A stretch of DNA of 64,000 bases from an uncultured Candidatus Saccharibacteria bacterium (GCA_964615625.1 CAZTQT010000003.1:4379-68378); one strand, 5' to 3'; positions 16,466-28,370 are shown, numbered from the stretch's first letter. Numbers and translations: made by a program. The notes: generated by a model not told the origin, from the sequence alone.

Positions 16466-19400
16466 ATGCGAGAAACTTTTTTAAAAAGAAAAATAGCCCT
16501 ACCTTTGCCTAATCTTGTTGGTGTCCAGCTTGAGTCTTTTGATTGGCTTAAAAGAGAAGGTTTAAAAGAAGTTTTAGATGAACTTGGAACTATTGAGGAT
16601 AATTCTGGAAGAGGCTGGGTGTTAACTTTATCAGATCCCCGTGTTGAAAAAGAAAATATAACTATAGAAGAGGCAAAAAGAACAGGAAGGACTTATGACG
16701 CAGCTTGGTATTTACAGGCTACTATAGAAGACCCTATAACCAAAAAAACTAAAACTAATGAGATATATATGGGTGATATTCCATTAATGACAGATCAAGG
16801 TACCTTTGTTATTAATGGTGTTGAGAGAATTATAATTAATCAACTTATAAGATCCGAGGGAGTTTTATTTGGTGGAGAACACTCTCCAATTACTGGCCAG
16901 TTTTTAGCCGGTGCTATTGTTATACCAAGAAGTGGTGTTTGGCTAGAGTTTGAAACTTCCAGAACTGGAGTTATAACCTTAAGAATAGATAGAAAAAGAA
17001 AAATAACAGCAACAACTTTATTGAGAATATTTGGTCTTGAGACAGATGATGACATAAGAGAAGCATTTGTTGGTGTGGAGACAAACCCAGAAATTAATTA
17101 CACAGAAGCTACTTTAGCAAAAGATCCTGCATCAAATTTTGATGAAGCTTGTTTAGAAATATACAAAAAGATGAGACCTGGGGAGCCATTAGTACTTGAA
17201 AATGCTAAAGCCCTAACCCATTCAATGTTTTTTAATAAGAGAAGATACAGCATGGGGCCAATAGGTAGATTTAAATTAAATCAGACTTTAGGTTTGAATT
17301 TTCCTAATGATCCTAAACACAGGCTTTTACAGTTAGAGGATGTAGTTAAAATACTTTCAAAAGTAATAGAATTAAATAACGGTATTGGTGATCCTAGTGA
17401 TGTTGATTTCCTTGGAAACAGAAGAGTTAAAAGTATGGGAGAGTTGTTGCAGTGGCAAATGAGAGTTGGATTTTTGAGAATGGAAAAGAACATTAAGGAA
17501 AGAATGAGTTTAGCTCAAAGAGATAAATTACCCGAACCATCAACATTAATAGCGCCAAGAGCAATATCAGCCGCCGTGTACTCGTTTTTTGCTACAGGGC
17601 AGCTTTCTCAGCTCCATGATCAGCAAAATCCTCTAACAGCTCTTGATCATTTGAGAAGATTATCAGTTCTTGGGCCAGGAGGACTTTCAAAGGAAAGAGC
17701 AAGTTTTTCAGTTAGAGATGTCCACAACTCTTATTTTGGTAGGATATGTCCTGCAAGAACCCCAGAAGGTCCAAATGTAGGGCTTATTAACTACATGTCT
17801 ATATATGCACGTGTTAATGAATATGGGTTTTTGGAAACACCTTATGTGAAACTTGAAAAAGATTCAAAGGGAAGAGTTAAACTTACAGATAATGTTGTTT
17901 ACCTTGCTGCTTACGATGAAGAGAATATAAATATTACCGACCAATCCGTTGAAATAGATGACGATGGTTATATTTTGGATACACATGTTCCTATAAGAAG
18001 AGGTTCGGAATTTTTCCTTGGGGATGTATCTGTGGCTGAGTATATAGAGGTTGTTCCTGCACAAGTACTGGGAGTAATTGCTGGTTTAGTGCCCTTTGTT
18101 CAAAACGATGAAGTTACTCGTATAACAATGGCAACCCAACAAATGTCACAGGCCGTTCCTTTGGTCATGCCTCAGAGACCTATTATAGGGACAGGTATAG
18201 AAGCAGAGGTTGCTAGAAATACAGATGCCCTAATTTTAGCTGAGGAAGATGGGGTAGTTGAATATGCAGATGCTGAAAAAGTAGTTGTTAAATATTCTGG
18301 TAAAAGTAAAAAGTCGGAGTACTTAACAAAGAAGTTTATACAGACAAATAGTGGAACAAGTTATAACCAAACAGTAAAAGTTGTTACAGGTCAGAAGATT
18401 AAGAAAGACGATATTTTAGTAGAAGGGCCTGCTGTAGATAATGGTGAGATAGCTATTGGAACAAATATGAAAGTAGCTTACATGATATACGAAGGTTTGG
18501 AATATGAAGACGGAATTATAATATCAGATCGTATAGTAAAAGAAGATGTCTTAACATCTATACATATCCAAGATTATGTTGTGTCAGTTCAAGATACAAA
18601 GCTTGGCCCAGAAGAAATAACAAGGGATATACCAAATGTTTCAGAAGATACCTTAAGAAATCTTGATGAGAAGGGTATTGTAACAGTAGGATCAAAAGTA
18701 AAATCAGGTGATGTGTTAGTAGGAAAAGTAGCTCCTAAAGGTGAGGTTGATTTAACATCTGAGGAAAGATTATTAAGAGCTATATTTGGAGAAAAAGCTA
18801 AAGATGTTAGAGATACTTCTCTAAGAATGCCACACGGTGAGCACGGAGTTGTTATAGGAATTAAATCTGTAACTAAAGAAGATAACGAATCTCTTCCTGC
18901 AGGGACAATTGAAAAAATAACTGTTTATGTTGCACAGCAGAAAAAGATAGAAATTGGAGATAAGTTAGCTGGAAGACACGGTAACAAAGGAGTTATTTCG
19001 GCAGTGGTTCCTGCAATTGATATGCCTTTGCTTCCAGATGGTTCTTCTGTTGACATTATCTTTTCTTCTGAGGCGGTTTTGAAAAGAATGAATGTTGGTC
19101 AGATATTAGAAACATCTTTAGGTGCTGTTGGTAAAAAGCTTGGGAAGTTTTATGAAATACCACCACTTCAAAGAATACCAGAAGAAAAATTATTGGAAGA
19201 ATTCAAAAAAGCAGGTTACCCAGCTAATGGAAAAATGAAGTTAATAGATGGTAGAACTGGGGAGTATTACCACAATGAAATTGTCGTGGGTGATGCATAT
19301 ATTCTTAAGCTTGTTCACATGTCAGAAGAAAAGATACACGCTAGATCAACAGGTCCTTACTCATTAATAAACCAACAACCTTTAGGTGGTAAGGCACAGT

Positions 19401-19822
19401 TTGGTGGTCAGAAGTTTGGAGAAATGGAAGTGTGGGCATTAGAAGCTTACGGGGCTGCACACATGTTAAAAGAGATGTTAACAATTAAATCAGATGATAT
19501 GGTTGGTAGAGTTCAGGCATACAGTGCTTTAATACAAGGAAACAAAATTCCTGGATCAACAACACCAGAAACATTTAAATTGCTAGTCAGACAATTAAAC
19601 GGTCTTGGTCTTGGGTTAGAAGCTTATTCTGCAGAAGACGGTGTTGAGGGATCTGATGAGGAAGTTGATAAACAAAATGATCAAAAAGACGTTGGAGAAA
19701 AAGAGGATTTGGCTGATATAAGTAAAGAGATAGAAGATGAAGAGGTTGTAGATGACGAGGGGTTAAAAGAGGCTGGTTTAGAAGAAGTAGATGATTCTGA
19801 TGAAAGTGAAGAGGAAATTTAA
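16466..19822 (+). CDS. rpoB: RNA polymerase beta subunit
   Basis: GTFVINGVER, LGPGGL, TPEGPN, GDKLAGRHGNKG, QQPLGGKAQFGGQ, GEMEVWALEAYG. Confidence 0.99.
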   Translation: MRETFLKRKIALPLPNLVGVQLESFDWLKREGLKEVLDELGTIEDNSGRGWVLTLSDPRVEKENITIEEAKRTGRTYDAAWYLQATIEDPITKKTKTNEIYMGDIPLMTDQGTFVINGVERIIINQLIRSEGVLFGGEHSPITGQFLAGAIVIPRSGVWLEFETSRTGVITLRIDRKRKITATTLLRIFGLETDDDIREAFVGVETNPEINYTEATLAKDPASNFDEACLEIYKKMRPGEPLVLENAKALTHSMFFNKRRYSMGPIGRFKLNQTLGLNFPNDPKHRLLQLEDVVKILSKVIELNNGIGDPSDVDFLGNRRVKSMGELLQWQMRVGFLRMEKNIKERMSLAQRDKLPEPSTLIAPRAISAAVYSFFATGQLSQLHDQQNPLTALDHLRRLSVLGPGGLSKERASFSVRDVHNSYFGRICPARTPEGPNVGLINYMSIYARVNEYGFLETPYVKLEKDSKGRVKLTDNVVYLAAYDEENINITDQSVEIDDDGYILDTHVPIRRGSEFFLGDVSVAEYIEVVPAQVLGVIAGLVPFVQNDEVTRITMATQQMSQAVPLVMPQRPIIGTGIEAEVARNTDALILAEEDGVVEYADAEKVVVKYSGKSKKSEYLTKKFIQTNSGTSYNQTVKVVTGQKIKKDDILVEGPAVDNGEIAIGTNMKVAYMIYEGLEYEDGIIISDRIVKEDVLTSIHIQDYVVSVQDTKLGPEEITRDIPNVSEDTLRNLDEKGIVTVGSKVKSGDVLVGKVAPKGEVDLTSEERLLRAIFGEKAKDVRDTSLRMPHGEHGVVIGIKSVTKEDNESLPAGTIEKITVYVAQQKKIEIGDKLAGRHGNKGVISAVVPAIDMPLLPDGSSVDIIFSSEAVLKRMNVGQILETSLGAVGKKLGKFYEIPPLQRIPEEKLLEEFKKAGYPANGKMKLIDGRTGEYYHNEIVVGDAYILKLVHMSEEKIHARSTGPYSLINQQPLGGKAQFGGQKFGEMEVWALEAYGAAHMLKEMLTIKSDDMVGRVQAYSALIQGNKIPGSTTPETFKLLVRQLNGLGLGLEAYSAEDGVEGSDEEVDKQNDQKDVGEKEDLADISKEIEDEEVVDDEGLKEAGLEEVDDSDESEEEI

Positions 19823-19836
19823 AAAGGTTTAAAAAT

Positions 19837-22800
19837 ATGAGAGATATTAATAAATTAAAAGATTTTGATGCATTAAGAATATATTTAGCCTCTTCAGAGG
19901 ACATATTAGATTGGTCTTATGGTGAGGTTACTAAGCCAGAGACTATTAACTATAGAACCTTCAAATCCGAAAGGGATGGTTTGTTTGATGAAAGAATTTT
20001 TGGACCTGCAAAGAATTATGAATGTTATTGTGGAAAATATAAGGGTATAAGATACAAAGGTGTCATTTGTGACAAATGCGGTGTTGAGGTAACACATAAC
20101 AGAGTTAGAAGAGAAAGAATGGGTCATATTAAATTAGCATCCCCAGTAGCACATGTTTGGTTTTTCAAAGGCATCCCTTCTAACATGGCTTTGTTGTTGG
20201 ATTTAACTCCCAGAAATGTTGAATCGGTAGTATATTTTGCTTCATTTATTGTTACGGAAATAGATGAGAAGAATAAGGCAAAAGCAGTCTCTCAAATTGG
20301 TAAAGATTTGGATGTAACAAAAGCTACTTTACAAAAAGATTTTGACGATCAAGTTAAAGTTTTGAATAAAGATATAGAAAATCTCTCAAAGTTAAATGAC
20401 GAGATGAAGGCAAAGGAAGAAGAATTAAAAATAAGACAACAAATACAAAAAATAACAACAGCACATGAGAAAAAGATTGAGGAACAAGAGAAGAAATTTA
20501 AAATAATTCAAAAGAAAATTGAGAGTGTTAAGATTAATTCTGTAATCTCAGAAAGTGAATATATAACCCTTATCTCTTATTTAGATAAATTTTGTAAATT
20601 AGATATTGGTGCTGATGCTCTGAAAATAATTTTGGAAAGATTAGATTTAAATTCATTATCAGAACAATTAAGAGAGCAGTTAGAAAAAGCAAAAGGCCAA
20701 AAAGCACAAAAGATAGCAAAAAGATTAACAGTTGTTGAGAGATTCAGAAGATCTGGTGTGACTCCTGATAGAATGATAATGGATGTAATTCCTGTTATCC
20801 CACCTGATTTAAGACCTATGGTTCAACTTGATGGTGGTAGATTTGCAACATCAGACTTAAATGATCTTTACAGAAGACTTATAAATAGAAATAACAGACT
20901 TAAGAGGCTTTTGGATTTAGGTGCTCCTGAAATAATAGTAAGAAATGAAAAAAGAATGCTTCAAGAATCTGTAGATGCTCTCTTGGATTCTTCTAAGAAG
21001 AAGAAAAAAGCTAGAGCAAACGTTAGAGGCAAGGAGCTTAGATCATTGGCTGATATGATAAAAGGTAAGCAGGGTATTTTCAGGTTAAATTTGCTTGGTA
21101 AAAGAGTGGATTATTCAGGTAGAGGAGTTATTATAAATGGTCCCGACCTTAAATTAAACGAATGCGGTATCCCTAAAGAAATGGCTTTAGAACTGTTTAA
21201 ACCGATGGTCCTTAGAGAAATATTAGCGAGGGGATATGCACCAAATGTTAAGAGTGCAAAATTCTATCTTGATACAAGGGTTCCAGAGGTTTGGGATATT
21301 CTTGAAGAAGTTGTTGAGGGCCATCCTGTATTGTTAAACAGAGCTCCTACACTTTGGAGACTTGGTATTCAGGCTTTTTATCCTAAACTTGTTGAGGGTA
21401 ACGCAATAAAACTTCATCTTTGCGTTTGTAAAGGTTATAATGCTGACTTTGATGGTGACCAGATGGCCGTACACGTTCCTTTAACAGACGAAGCTATTGA
21501 TGAAGCAAAGAATGTTTTAATTTCAAATAAAAATCTTTTGAATCCATCAAGTGGTTCTCCTATATCAATTCCATCAAACATTATGTTGTTTGGTGTTTAC
21601 TACATAACCTCAATTGATGAAAGCCTTCCTATAAAGGAAAAGGTTTATTTTGGTGAGACAGAGTTAATGTATGCAGTAGACGTTGAAAAAGAAGTTGATT
21701 TAAGACAATTAGTAAAAGTAAAAATAGGTAGTGATGTTTTAGAAACTACTGCAGGTAGAGTTATATTCAATAAAGTGTTGCCCGATAACTATAGTTATAT
21801 AAATGAACCAATGGATAAAAAGAGAGTTACAAGTTTATTAACGAAAGTATTAAGAGAAGAAGAAAATGAAGTAGCTGTGAAAATGATAGATGATATAAAA
21901 GATATAGGTTTAAAATACGGGACTATTTGTGGTCAGTCAGTGTCCTTGGCGGATATTGATATACCTGCTCAGAGAGAGCAGTTGATAGAAAGTGGTAAAA
22001 AGCTTGTTATGGATGTTGAGGGTTACTATACAAGAGGTCTTATTACTAAAGCAGAGGTAGCAAGGCAAAAAGAAGATATTTGGAACAAGATAATCGGGGA
22101 ATTGGACAATGTTGTTTGGGATAACTTGAAAGACGATAATCCAGTTAAGATATTGGTTAAATCTGGATCTACAAAAGCTTCAAGAGACCAAGTTAAACAG
22201 CTTGCTGGTATGAAAGGTCTTGTATCAGATCCTACAGGAAAAGTTGTTGAGGTTCCTATTTTTGGAAACTTTAAACTCGGCCTATCTGCTACAGAGTATT
22301 TTGTTGGGTCAAGAGGTGCTAGAAAAGGGTTAGCTGACAAGGGTTTAAAGACTGCTGATGCTGGTTATCTAACAAGAAGATTAGTTGATGTTAGTCAAGA
22401 TGTAATAGTAAGAGAGGACGATTGTGGTACAGATGAGGGTAGAGAAATGATAGTAGGTAAGGGTACTCTTCTTCAAACATTTGCAGATAGAGTTATAGGT
22501 AGGTTTTTAGCTAAAGATGTAAAAGTTGGTAGTAAAGTAATTGTAAAAGCAGGAACTTTATTAAATGAAGAAGATGTTGAAAATATAGAAAAATCTGGTG
22601 CTGAAAAGATAATAATAAGGTCCCCTATGCATTGTGAGACAAGAAGAGGTATTTGCGCAAAATGTTATGGAGCAGATTTAATGACAGGTAAATTAGTAAT
22701 GGTAGGGACTGCAGTTGGTGTTGCAGCAGCTCAATCAATTGGTGAACCTGGAACACAGCTTACAATGAAGACCTTCCACTCTGGAGGTATTGCAGGAAAA

Positions 22801-23505
22801 GATATAACCCAAGGTCTTCCAAGAGTTGAAGAATTGGTTGAAGCAAGAGCACCTAAATTTTTATCCATAATGAGTGAGGTCTCAGGTACTGCAAGAATTG
22901 AAAAGAATGGTGATGAAAGAAAGATAGTTATTATACCTTCTGATGCTGGTGAGGAAGTTACAGAATATAATGTTGATCCTATTGAAGAGATTCTTGTAAA
23001 AGATGGTGATTTGGTAGCTAGAGGACAGAAACTTACAAGTGGTAACTTAAACTTAAGTGATTTATACAGAGCAGTGGGTGTAGATGAGACAAAGAGATAC
23101 ATAATAGAGGAAGTTCAAGGAGTATATGCTTCTCAAGGTGTTCCTATAAACGATAAACATTTAGAAGTTATAGTTAAGCAAATGTTTAATCACGTCAAGA
23201 TAGAAGATATAGGAGATACAGAGTTTATGGTTGATGAAATTGTTACAAGAGCAAGATTTGATGAGGAAACAGAAAGAGTTATAGCTAGTGGTGGTATCCC
23301 AGCAACTGGTAAATTGATAATGCTTGGGATAACAAAGGCAGCTTTGTACACTGACAGTTGGATGGCCGCAGCTTCATTTATACATACAAGTAATGTATTG
23401 ACCGAGGCGGCTTGCTCTGGTAAGGTTGATTACTTGTTGGGGTTGAAAGAGAACGTGATAATAGGAAGATTAATCCCAACCGGAGAGAGGGCTAGAATAG
23501 AATAA
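19837..23505 (+). CDS. rpoC: RNA polymerase beta' subunit
   Basis: KPETINYRT, Zn finger, [28 protein letters not shown]. Confidence 0.99.
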   Translation: MRDINKLKDFDALRIYLASSEDILDWSYGEVTKPETINYRTFKSERDGLFDERIFGPAKNYECYCGKYKGIRYKGVICDKCGVEVTHNRVRRERMGHIKLASPVAHVWFFKGIPSNMALLLDLTPRNVESVVYFASFIVTEIDEKNKAKAVSQIGKDLDVTKATLQKDFDDQVKVLNKDIENLSKLNDEMKAKEEELKIRQQIQKITTAHEKKIEEQEKKFKIIQKKIESVKINSVISESEYITLISYLDKFCKLDIGADALKIILERLDLNSLSEQLREQLEKAKGQKAQKIAKRLTVVERFRRSGVTPDRMIMDVIPVIPPDLRPMVQLDGGRFATSDLNDLYRRLINRNNRLKRLLDLGAPEIIVRNEKRMLQESVDALLDSSKKKKKARANVRGKELRSLADMIKGKQGIFRLNLLGKRVDYSGRGVIINGPDLKLNECGIPKEMALELFKPMVLREILARGYAPNVKSAKFYLDTRVPEVWDILEEVVEGHPVLLNRAPTLWRLGIQAFYPKLVEGNAIKLHLCVCKGYNADFDGDQMAVHVPLTDEAIDEAKNVLISNKNLLNPSSGSPISIPSNIMLFGVYYITSIDESLPIKEKVYFGETELMYAVDVEKEVDLRQLVKVKIGSDVLETTAGRVIFNKVLPDNYSYINEPMDKKRVTSLLTKVLREEENEVAVKMIDDIKDIGLKYGTICGQSVSLADIDIPAQREQLIESGKKLVMDVEGYYTRGLITKAEVARQKEDIWNKIIGELDNVVWDNLKDDNPVKILVKSGSTKASRDQVKQLAGMKGLVSDPTGKVVEVPIFGNFKLGLSATEYFVGSRGARKGLADKGLKTADAGYLTRRLVDVSQDVIVREDDCGTDEGREMIVGKGTLLQTFADRVIGRFLAKDVKVGSKVIVKAGTLLNEEDVENIEKSGAEKIIIRSPMHCETRRGICAKCYGADLMTGKLVMVGTAVGVAAAQSIGEPGTQLTMKTFHSGGIAGKDITQGLPRVEELVEARAPKFLSIMSEVSGTARIEKNGDERKIVIIPSDAGEEVTEYNVDPIEEILVKDGDLVARGQKLTSGNLNLSDLYRAVGVDETKRYIIEEVQGVYASQGVPINDKHLEVIVKQMFNHVKIEDIGDTEFMVDEIVTRARFDEETERVIASGGIPATGKLIMLGITKAALYTDSWMAAASFIHTSNVLTEAACSGKVDYLLGLKENVIIGRLIPTGERARIE

Positions 23506-23506
23506 T

Positions 23507-23929
23507 ATGCCAACAATTAACCAACTTCTCAGAAAAGGAAGAAAAAGAAACGTAAAAAAAGCAAGCACTCCGGCTCTTAAGGAAGTTTTTAATACTAAAA
23601 AAAGAGTTGTGAAGAAAAGAAACAGTCCTTTAAAAAGGGGAGTTGTTCTTTTGGTTAGAACTCAAACACCAAAAAAACCTAACTCCGCTTTAAGAAAAGT
23701 TGCAAGAGTCAGGTTATCAAATAAAAGGGAAGTCACAGCTTATATACCAGGAGAAGGACACAATCTTCAAGAGCACTCTGTGGTAGTTGTCAAAGGTGGT
23801 AAGGTACAGGATTTACCAGGTGTAAAATATGAGATAGTTAGGGGAACTGCAGATTTGGCAGGTGTTGATAAAAGAAAGACCTCAAGATCTATATACGGTA
23901 CAAGGAAAGTTAAGGAGAAAAAAGAATGA
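23507..23929 (+). CDS. rpsL: 30S ribosomal protein S12
   Basis: [32 protein letters not shown]. Confidence 0.98.
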   Translation: MPTINQLLRKGRKRNVKKASTPALKEVFNTKKRVVKKRNSPLKRGVVLLVRTQTPKKPNSALRKVARVRLSNKREVTAYIPGEGHNLQEHSVVVVKGGKVQDLPGVKYEIVRGTADLAGVDKRKTSRSIYGTRKVKEKKE

Positions 23930-24393
23930 GAGGTAAAAGAGCAAAGAAAAAAATATTAATAGCCGATCAAGTTTATAAATCAAAAGTAGTTTCAAGAATG
24001 ATAAATGCTGCTATGGAAAGAGGCAAGAAGAGTCTTGCTATGACAATAGTTTATGACTCAATGTTGAAGTTGAACGAAGACGAAAAAGAGAGATTAAGAA
24101 TTTTTGAGCAGGCAGTTAAAAATGTAATGCCTCAACAAGAAGTTAGATCAAAAAGAGTTGGTGGGGCTACCTATCAGGTTCCAATGCCTTTGAAGCACGA
24201 CCGAGCAGAAGCATTAGCTGTAAGATGGATAGTTGATGCTGCAAAGTCTAAAAAAGGTAAATCAATGATAGATAAATTATATGAAGTTTTGAATGATTCT
24301 TATCAAAATACAGGAGATGCTGTAAAAAAGAGAGATGACGTTCATAGAATGGCCGAAGCTAATAGAGCTTTTGCACATTTTGCGAGGTATTAA
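23926..24393 (+). CDS. rpsG: 30S ribosomal protein S7
   Basis: [23 protein letters not shown]. Confidence 0.98.
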   Translation: MRGKRAKKKILIADQVYKSKVVSRMINAAMERGKKSLAMTIVYDSMLKLNEDEKERLRIFEQAVKNVMPQQEVRSKRVGGATYQVPMPLKHDRAEALAVRWIVDAAKSKKGKSMIDKLYEVLNDSYQNTGDAVKKRDDVHRMAEANRAFAHFARY

Positions 24394-24394
24394 A

Positions 24395-26482
24395 ATGGCT
24401 GAAACAATGGATAAAGTATATCCCTTAGATAAAATTAGAAATATAGGTATTATCGCCCATATAGATGCGGGTAAAACTACAACCACAGAGAGAATTCTCT
24501 ACTACACTGGAAAGTCTCACAGGATAGGTGATATTGATGATGGTAATACTCAAATGGATTGGATGGCTCAGGAAAGAGAAAGAGGTATTACAATCCAATC
24601 GGCTGCCACTACATGTTTTTGGAAAGATCACAGAGTTAATATCATAGACACACCAGGACACGTTGACTTTACGGCTGAGGTTGAGAGATCTTTAAGAGTG
24701 TTAGATGGCGGTGTTATTGTATTAGATGGTTCTCAAGGTGTTGAGCCTCAATCGGAAACAGTTTTTAGACAAGCACAAAAATATGATGTCCCATTACTAT
24801 TTTTTGTAAATAAAATGGATAAAGTAGGTGGTGACTTTTTAATGTCTTTAGAATCCATATCTGAAAAACTTACGAAGAAAGGTTTAGCTGTTCAACTACC
24901 AATAGGTTTAGAAAGTGGTTTTATAGGATCAGTAGATTTGATAACCATGAAAGCTTATAAGTTTGAAGGAGCTGATGGGGGAGATGTCGTTGAATTTGAT
25001 ATTCCAGAAGATCTCTTAGAAGATGCTAAGAAATACAGATCTATTATGGTTGAGAAAGTTGCTGAATCAGATGATGCTTTAATAGAGAAATATTTAGGAG
25101 GGGAAGAACTTACAATAGATGAAATAAAAGAGGGATTAAGAAAAATGACTATTTCCACTCAAATATACCCTGTTTTTTGTGGATCTGCTCTTTCTAACAA
25201 AGGTATTCAAAAAGTGTTAGACGGTGTTATAGATTACCTACCTTCTCCAAAAGATGTACCACCAGTTAAAGCTGTTAAAGTAGATACAGGTGAAGAAATT
25301 AATGTAGAGTCTGACGAAAATGGTTCATTTACAGCACTTGCTTTTAAGATCCAAACAGATCCATATGTTGGTAGACTTACCTATTTTAGAGTTTATGCTG
25401 GTAAAGCTGCTGCTGGATCATATATATACAATGCTACATCAGATAAAAAGGAAAGAATTGGAAGAATACTTCTTATGCACGCTAACCACAGGGAAGAGAT
25501 AAAAGAAATTACAGCCGGTGAAATTGCTGCAGGTGTTGGTTTAGAATCATCAACAGGTGATACCCTATGTTTAGAGGGGGACAAGGTCTTACTAGATAAG
25601 ATAAGTTTTGCAGAACCGGTCATAGGTATTGTTATTGAGCCTAAGACCAAGGCTGACAGAGATAAAATGTCTCAAATCATAAAGAAATTCCTAGAAGAAG
25701 ATCCTACTTTACAAATAAAAACAAATATAGAGACAGGTCAGACATTACTTTATGGTATGGGAGAGCTTCACCTAGATATTATTGTAGATAGGATGAAAAG
25801 AGAGTTTAATCTTGATATAAACACAGGAAAACCTCAAGTTGCCTACAGAGAAACTATCAGAAAAACAGTGGAGCAAGAAGGAAAATATATCAGACAGTCT
25901 GGTGGTAGAGGTCAGTACGGCCATGTTTATTTGAAAGTAGAGCCTCTTGAAAGAGGTGAGGGTTTTAAATTTATAGACAAAATCGTTGGAGGTACTATTC
26001 CAAGAGAATATATTCCTGCGGTTGAAAAAGGTATAAAAGAAGCCGCAGAAAGTGGTGTTATCGCAGGTTACCCCCTAGTGGATTTTCAAGTTACATTGTT
26101 TGATGGTTCTTTCCATGAAGTTGACTCTTCTGAAATGGCTTTTAAGATGGCAGCTATTGAGGCTATGAGAGATGCTCAAAGATCTGCTGATACATTTTTA
26201 TTAGAACCTATAATGAAGGTTGAAGTAATTACGCCCGAGGAATTTATGGGAGATGTAATAGGGAACATATCTTCTAAGAGAGGTAAGATAGAGAGCACCG
26301 AACAAAAAGGAAACGCAAGAATAATAATATCAAAAGTTCCTTTGGCTGAAATGTTTGGATATGCGACAGAACTTAGAGGCATGACACAGGGAAGAGCATC
26401 ATTTGTTATGGAACCAAGCCATTACGAGGAAGTACCTTCTAACATAGCTGATACGTTGTCCAAGGAAAATATAAGACGATAG
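24395..26482 (+). CDS. fusA: Elongation factor G
   Basis: [36 protein letters not shown]; start set 1 nt after the rpsG stop. Confidence 0.98.
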   Translation: MAETMDKVYPLDKIRNIGIIAHIDAGKTTTTERILYYTGKSHRIGDIDDGNTQMDWMAQERERGITIQSAATTCFWKDHRVNIIDTPGHVDFTAEVERSLRVLDGGVIVLDGSQGVEPQSETVFRQAQKYDVPLLFFVNKMDKVGGDFLMSLESISEKLTKKGLAVQLPIGLESGFIGSVDLITMKAYKFEGADGGDVVEFDIPEDLLEDAKKYRSIMVEKVAESDDALIEKYLGGEELTIDEIKEGLRKMTISTQIYPVFCGSALSNKGIQKVLDGVIDYLPSPKDVPPVKAVKVDTGEEINVESDENGSFTALAFKIQTDPYVGRLTYFRVYAGKAAAGSYIYNATSDKKERIGRILLMHANHREEIKEITAGEIAAGVGLESSTGDTLCLEGDKVLLDKISFAEPVIGIVIEPKTKADRDKMSQIIKKFLEEDPTLQIKTNIETGQTLLYGMGELHLDIIVDRMKREFNLDINTGKPQVAYRETIRKTVEQEGKYIRQSGGRGQYGHVYLKVEPLERGEGFKFIDKIVGGTIPREYIPAVEKGIKEAAESGVIAGYPLVDFQVTLFDGSFHEVDSSEMAFKMAAIEAMRDAQRSADTFLLEPIMKVEVITPEEFMGDVIGNISSKRGKIESTEQKGNARIIISKVPLAEMFGYATELRGMTQGRASFVMEPSHYEEVPSNIADTLSKENIRR

Positions 26483-26505
26483 AAATTGTTATTTAGCTAA
26501 AAGTC

Positions 26506-26534
26506 TTGATTTTTTTGATTTAATTTGATTAACT
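26506..26534 (+). promoter_or_regulatory. Putative internal tuf promoter
   Basis: TTGATT-17 nt-TTAACT with an upstream TG. Confidence 0.4.
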
Positions 26535-26561
26535 ATCACTTGCTTTAGTAAATGTTTTTAA

Positions 26562-26648
26562 GCTATGGCAACGCTGTTCCGCACGGAAGCGAGTGTTCTT
26601 GGTTTTTATAAAGAACTTTCGCAAACGTTCAGAACAATGTTGTCTGGC
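26562..26648 (+). ncRNA. Putative structured RNA in the tuf 5' leader (unassigned family)
   Basis: Nested complementarity by eye: gcta/tggc, ggcaacg/tgttgtc, tgttc/gaaca, gcgag/ttcgc, gttctt/aagaac; GC-richer than the flanks. Confidence 0.5.
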
Positions 26649-26686
26649 AAAATGTAAGTAATTTATTTACCGAAAGGAAAAACAAA

Positions 26687-27865
26687 ATGTCAGATTTCGT
26701 AAGAAATAAGGAACATGTAAATATCGGAACCATTGGTCACGTTGACCATGGTAAGACAACCTTAACATCGGCCATTACAAAAGTTTTGGCAGATAACGGG
26801 ATGGCTTCTTACAGGGATTTTACTACAATAGATAACGCCCCTGAAGAAAAAGAAAGAGGTATAACAATTAATATTACTCATGTTGAGTATGAGACAGAAA
26901 AAAGGCACTATGCTCATATAGATGCACCTGGTCACAAAGACTACATCAAAAACATGATAACGGGAGCTGCACAAATGGATGGTGCTATACTCGTCGTTTC
27001 AGCTCCAGATGGCCCAATGCCTCAAACAAAGGAACACATTTTGCTTGCAAGACAAGTTAACGTTCCTGCAATGGTAGTTTTCATGAACAAATGTGATATG
27101 GTTCAAGACAACGAGATATTAGATCTTGTTGAAATGGAAATTAGAGAATTGCTAAATAAATATGGATTCCCTGGAGATACAACTCCTATAGTAAGAGGGT
27201 CTGCACTAAAAGCTTTAGAAGGTGATGCTGATGCAGCTGCTAAGATTTTGGAATTGATGAAAGCTGTTGATGAATTCATTCCTACACCTCAAAGAGATTT
27301 AGATAAACCTTTCTTGATGCCTGTTGAAGACGTTTTCACAATATCAGGAAGAGGAACTGTTGTTACAGGAAGAATTGAAAGAGGGGTTGTTAATCTTAAC
27401 GATGAGATAGAGATAGTTGGTATAAGAGAAACCAAAAAGACAACAGTAACAGGTATAGAAATGTTCAAGAAATCCTTGAAAGAAGGTCAGGCCGGAGATA
27501 ACGTTGGAATTCTTTTAAGAGGTATAGAAAGAACAGACGTTGAAAGAGGGCAAGTTCTTGCTAAAGCAGGAAGTGTAAAACCTCATACAGAATTTGAATC
27601 TGAGGTATATGTACTTTCAAAAGAAGAGGGTGGTAGACATAAACCTTTCTTTACAGGTTATAGACCACAGTTCTATATCAGAACAACAGATGTTACTGGA
27701 GAAGCTTTCTTACCAGAAGGTGTAGAAATGGTTCTTCCTGGAGATAATGTAAAGATGAGAGTTAAGCTTATTACACCTGTTGCTTTGGAAGAAGGTATGA
27801 GGTTTGCTATAAGAGAAGGCGGTAATACAGTTGGTCACGGAGTTATTTCAAAGGTAATAGCTTAA
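26687..27865 (+). CDS. tuf: Elongation factor Tu
   Basis: [36 protein letters not shown]. Confidence 0.99.
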   Translation: MSDFVRNKEHVNIGTIGHVDHGKTTLTSAITKVLADNGMASYRDFTTIDNAPEEKERGITINITHVEYETEKRHYAHIDAPGHKDYIKNMITGAAQMDGAILVVSAPDGPMPQTKEHILLARQVNVPAMVVFMNKCDMVQDNEILDLVEMEIRELLNKYGFPGDTTPIVRGSALKALEGDADAAAKILELMKAVDEFIPTPQRDLDKPFLMPVEDVFTISGRGTVVTGRIERGVVNLNDEIEIVGIRETKKTTVTGIEMFKKSLKEGQAGDNVGILLRGIERTDVERGQVLAKAGSVKPHTEFESEVYVLSKEEGGRHKPFFTGYRPQFYIRTTDVTGEAFLPEGVEMVLPGDNVKMRVKLITPVALEEGMRFAIREGGNTVGHGVISKVIA

Positions 27866-27882
27866 GGTTGATGTAAATTGGG

Positions 27883-27909
27883 ATGTCCCCCGCCAAAGGC
27901 GGGGGACAT
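27883..27909 (+). terminator. Intrinsic terminator-like hairpin after tuf
   Basis: atgtcccccgcc-aaa-ggcgggggacat (12-bp stem) followed by tttatctt. Confidence 0.7.
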
Positions 27910-27918
27910 TTTATCTTA

Positions 27919-28245
27919 ATGGCTAAAGGTAAAACACAAAAAGAAACAAAGATAAGAATAAAATTAAAGTCTTATGATAGTAGGATAATAGATCTTAGTT
28001 GTTCAAAAATAGTTGATACTGCAATAAGAACAGGTGCTCAGGTTGCAGGACCTGTCCCATTACCTACAAAAACAGAAAGATTCACTGTTATAAGAGGTCC
28101 TCACATAGATAAAAGGTCTAGGGAACAGTTTGAATTAAAAACGCATAAAAGAGTTATAGATGTTATGAATCCTACACCATCTACTATTGAAACATTGTCA
28201 AAATTAAGCTTACCAGCAGGGGTTGGAATTTCAATAAAAATGTAG
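27919..28245 (+). CDS. rpsJ: 30S ribosomal protein S10
   Basis: [27 protein letters not shown]. Confidence 0.97.
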   Translation: MAKGKTQKETKIRIKLKSYDSRIIDLSCSKIVDTAIRTGAQVAGPVPLPTKTERFTVIRGPHIDKRSREQFELKTHKRVIDVMNPTPSTIETLSKLSLPAGVGISIKM

Positions 28246-28337
28246 TATTCTATCTTGTTTTTGGATTATTAGGCAAAAAGTTAAAATAATGATAAAAATA
28301 AGGACATAAATAACAGTTACAAAAGGGTTTATATAAA

Positions 28338-28362
28338 GGCGCCCTTGGGCGCTAATTTTTTT
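28338..28362 (+). terminator. GC hairpin with U-tract between rpsJ and rplC (terminator or attenuator)
   Basis: ggcgcc-cttg-ggcgct followed by aattttttt. Confidence 0.5.
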
Positions 28363-28370
28363 AAATAAAA

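Noticed and set aside
24335-24394. N-terminal extension of EF-G in the ORF track
   Set aside because: It overlaps the conserved rpsG C-terminus; ATG 24395 is the plausible start.
26571-26595. Resemblance of ctgttcc-gcac-ggaagcg to SRP RNA domain IV, or of the leader to a tRNA gene
   Set aside because: The loop is not GNRA, the CAGG/AGCA symmetric loop is not conserved, and there is no proper D-arm, anticodon arm or T-arm.
27883-27918. [12 protein letters not shown] extension of S10
   Set aside because: It is the translation of the terminator hairpin; ATG 27919 fits S10.
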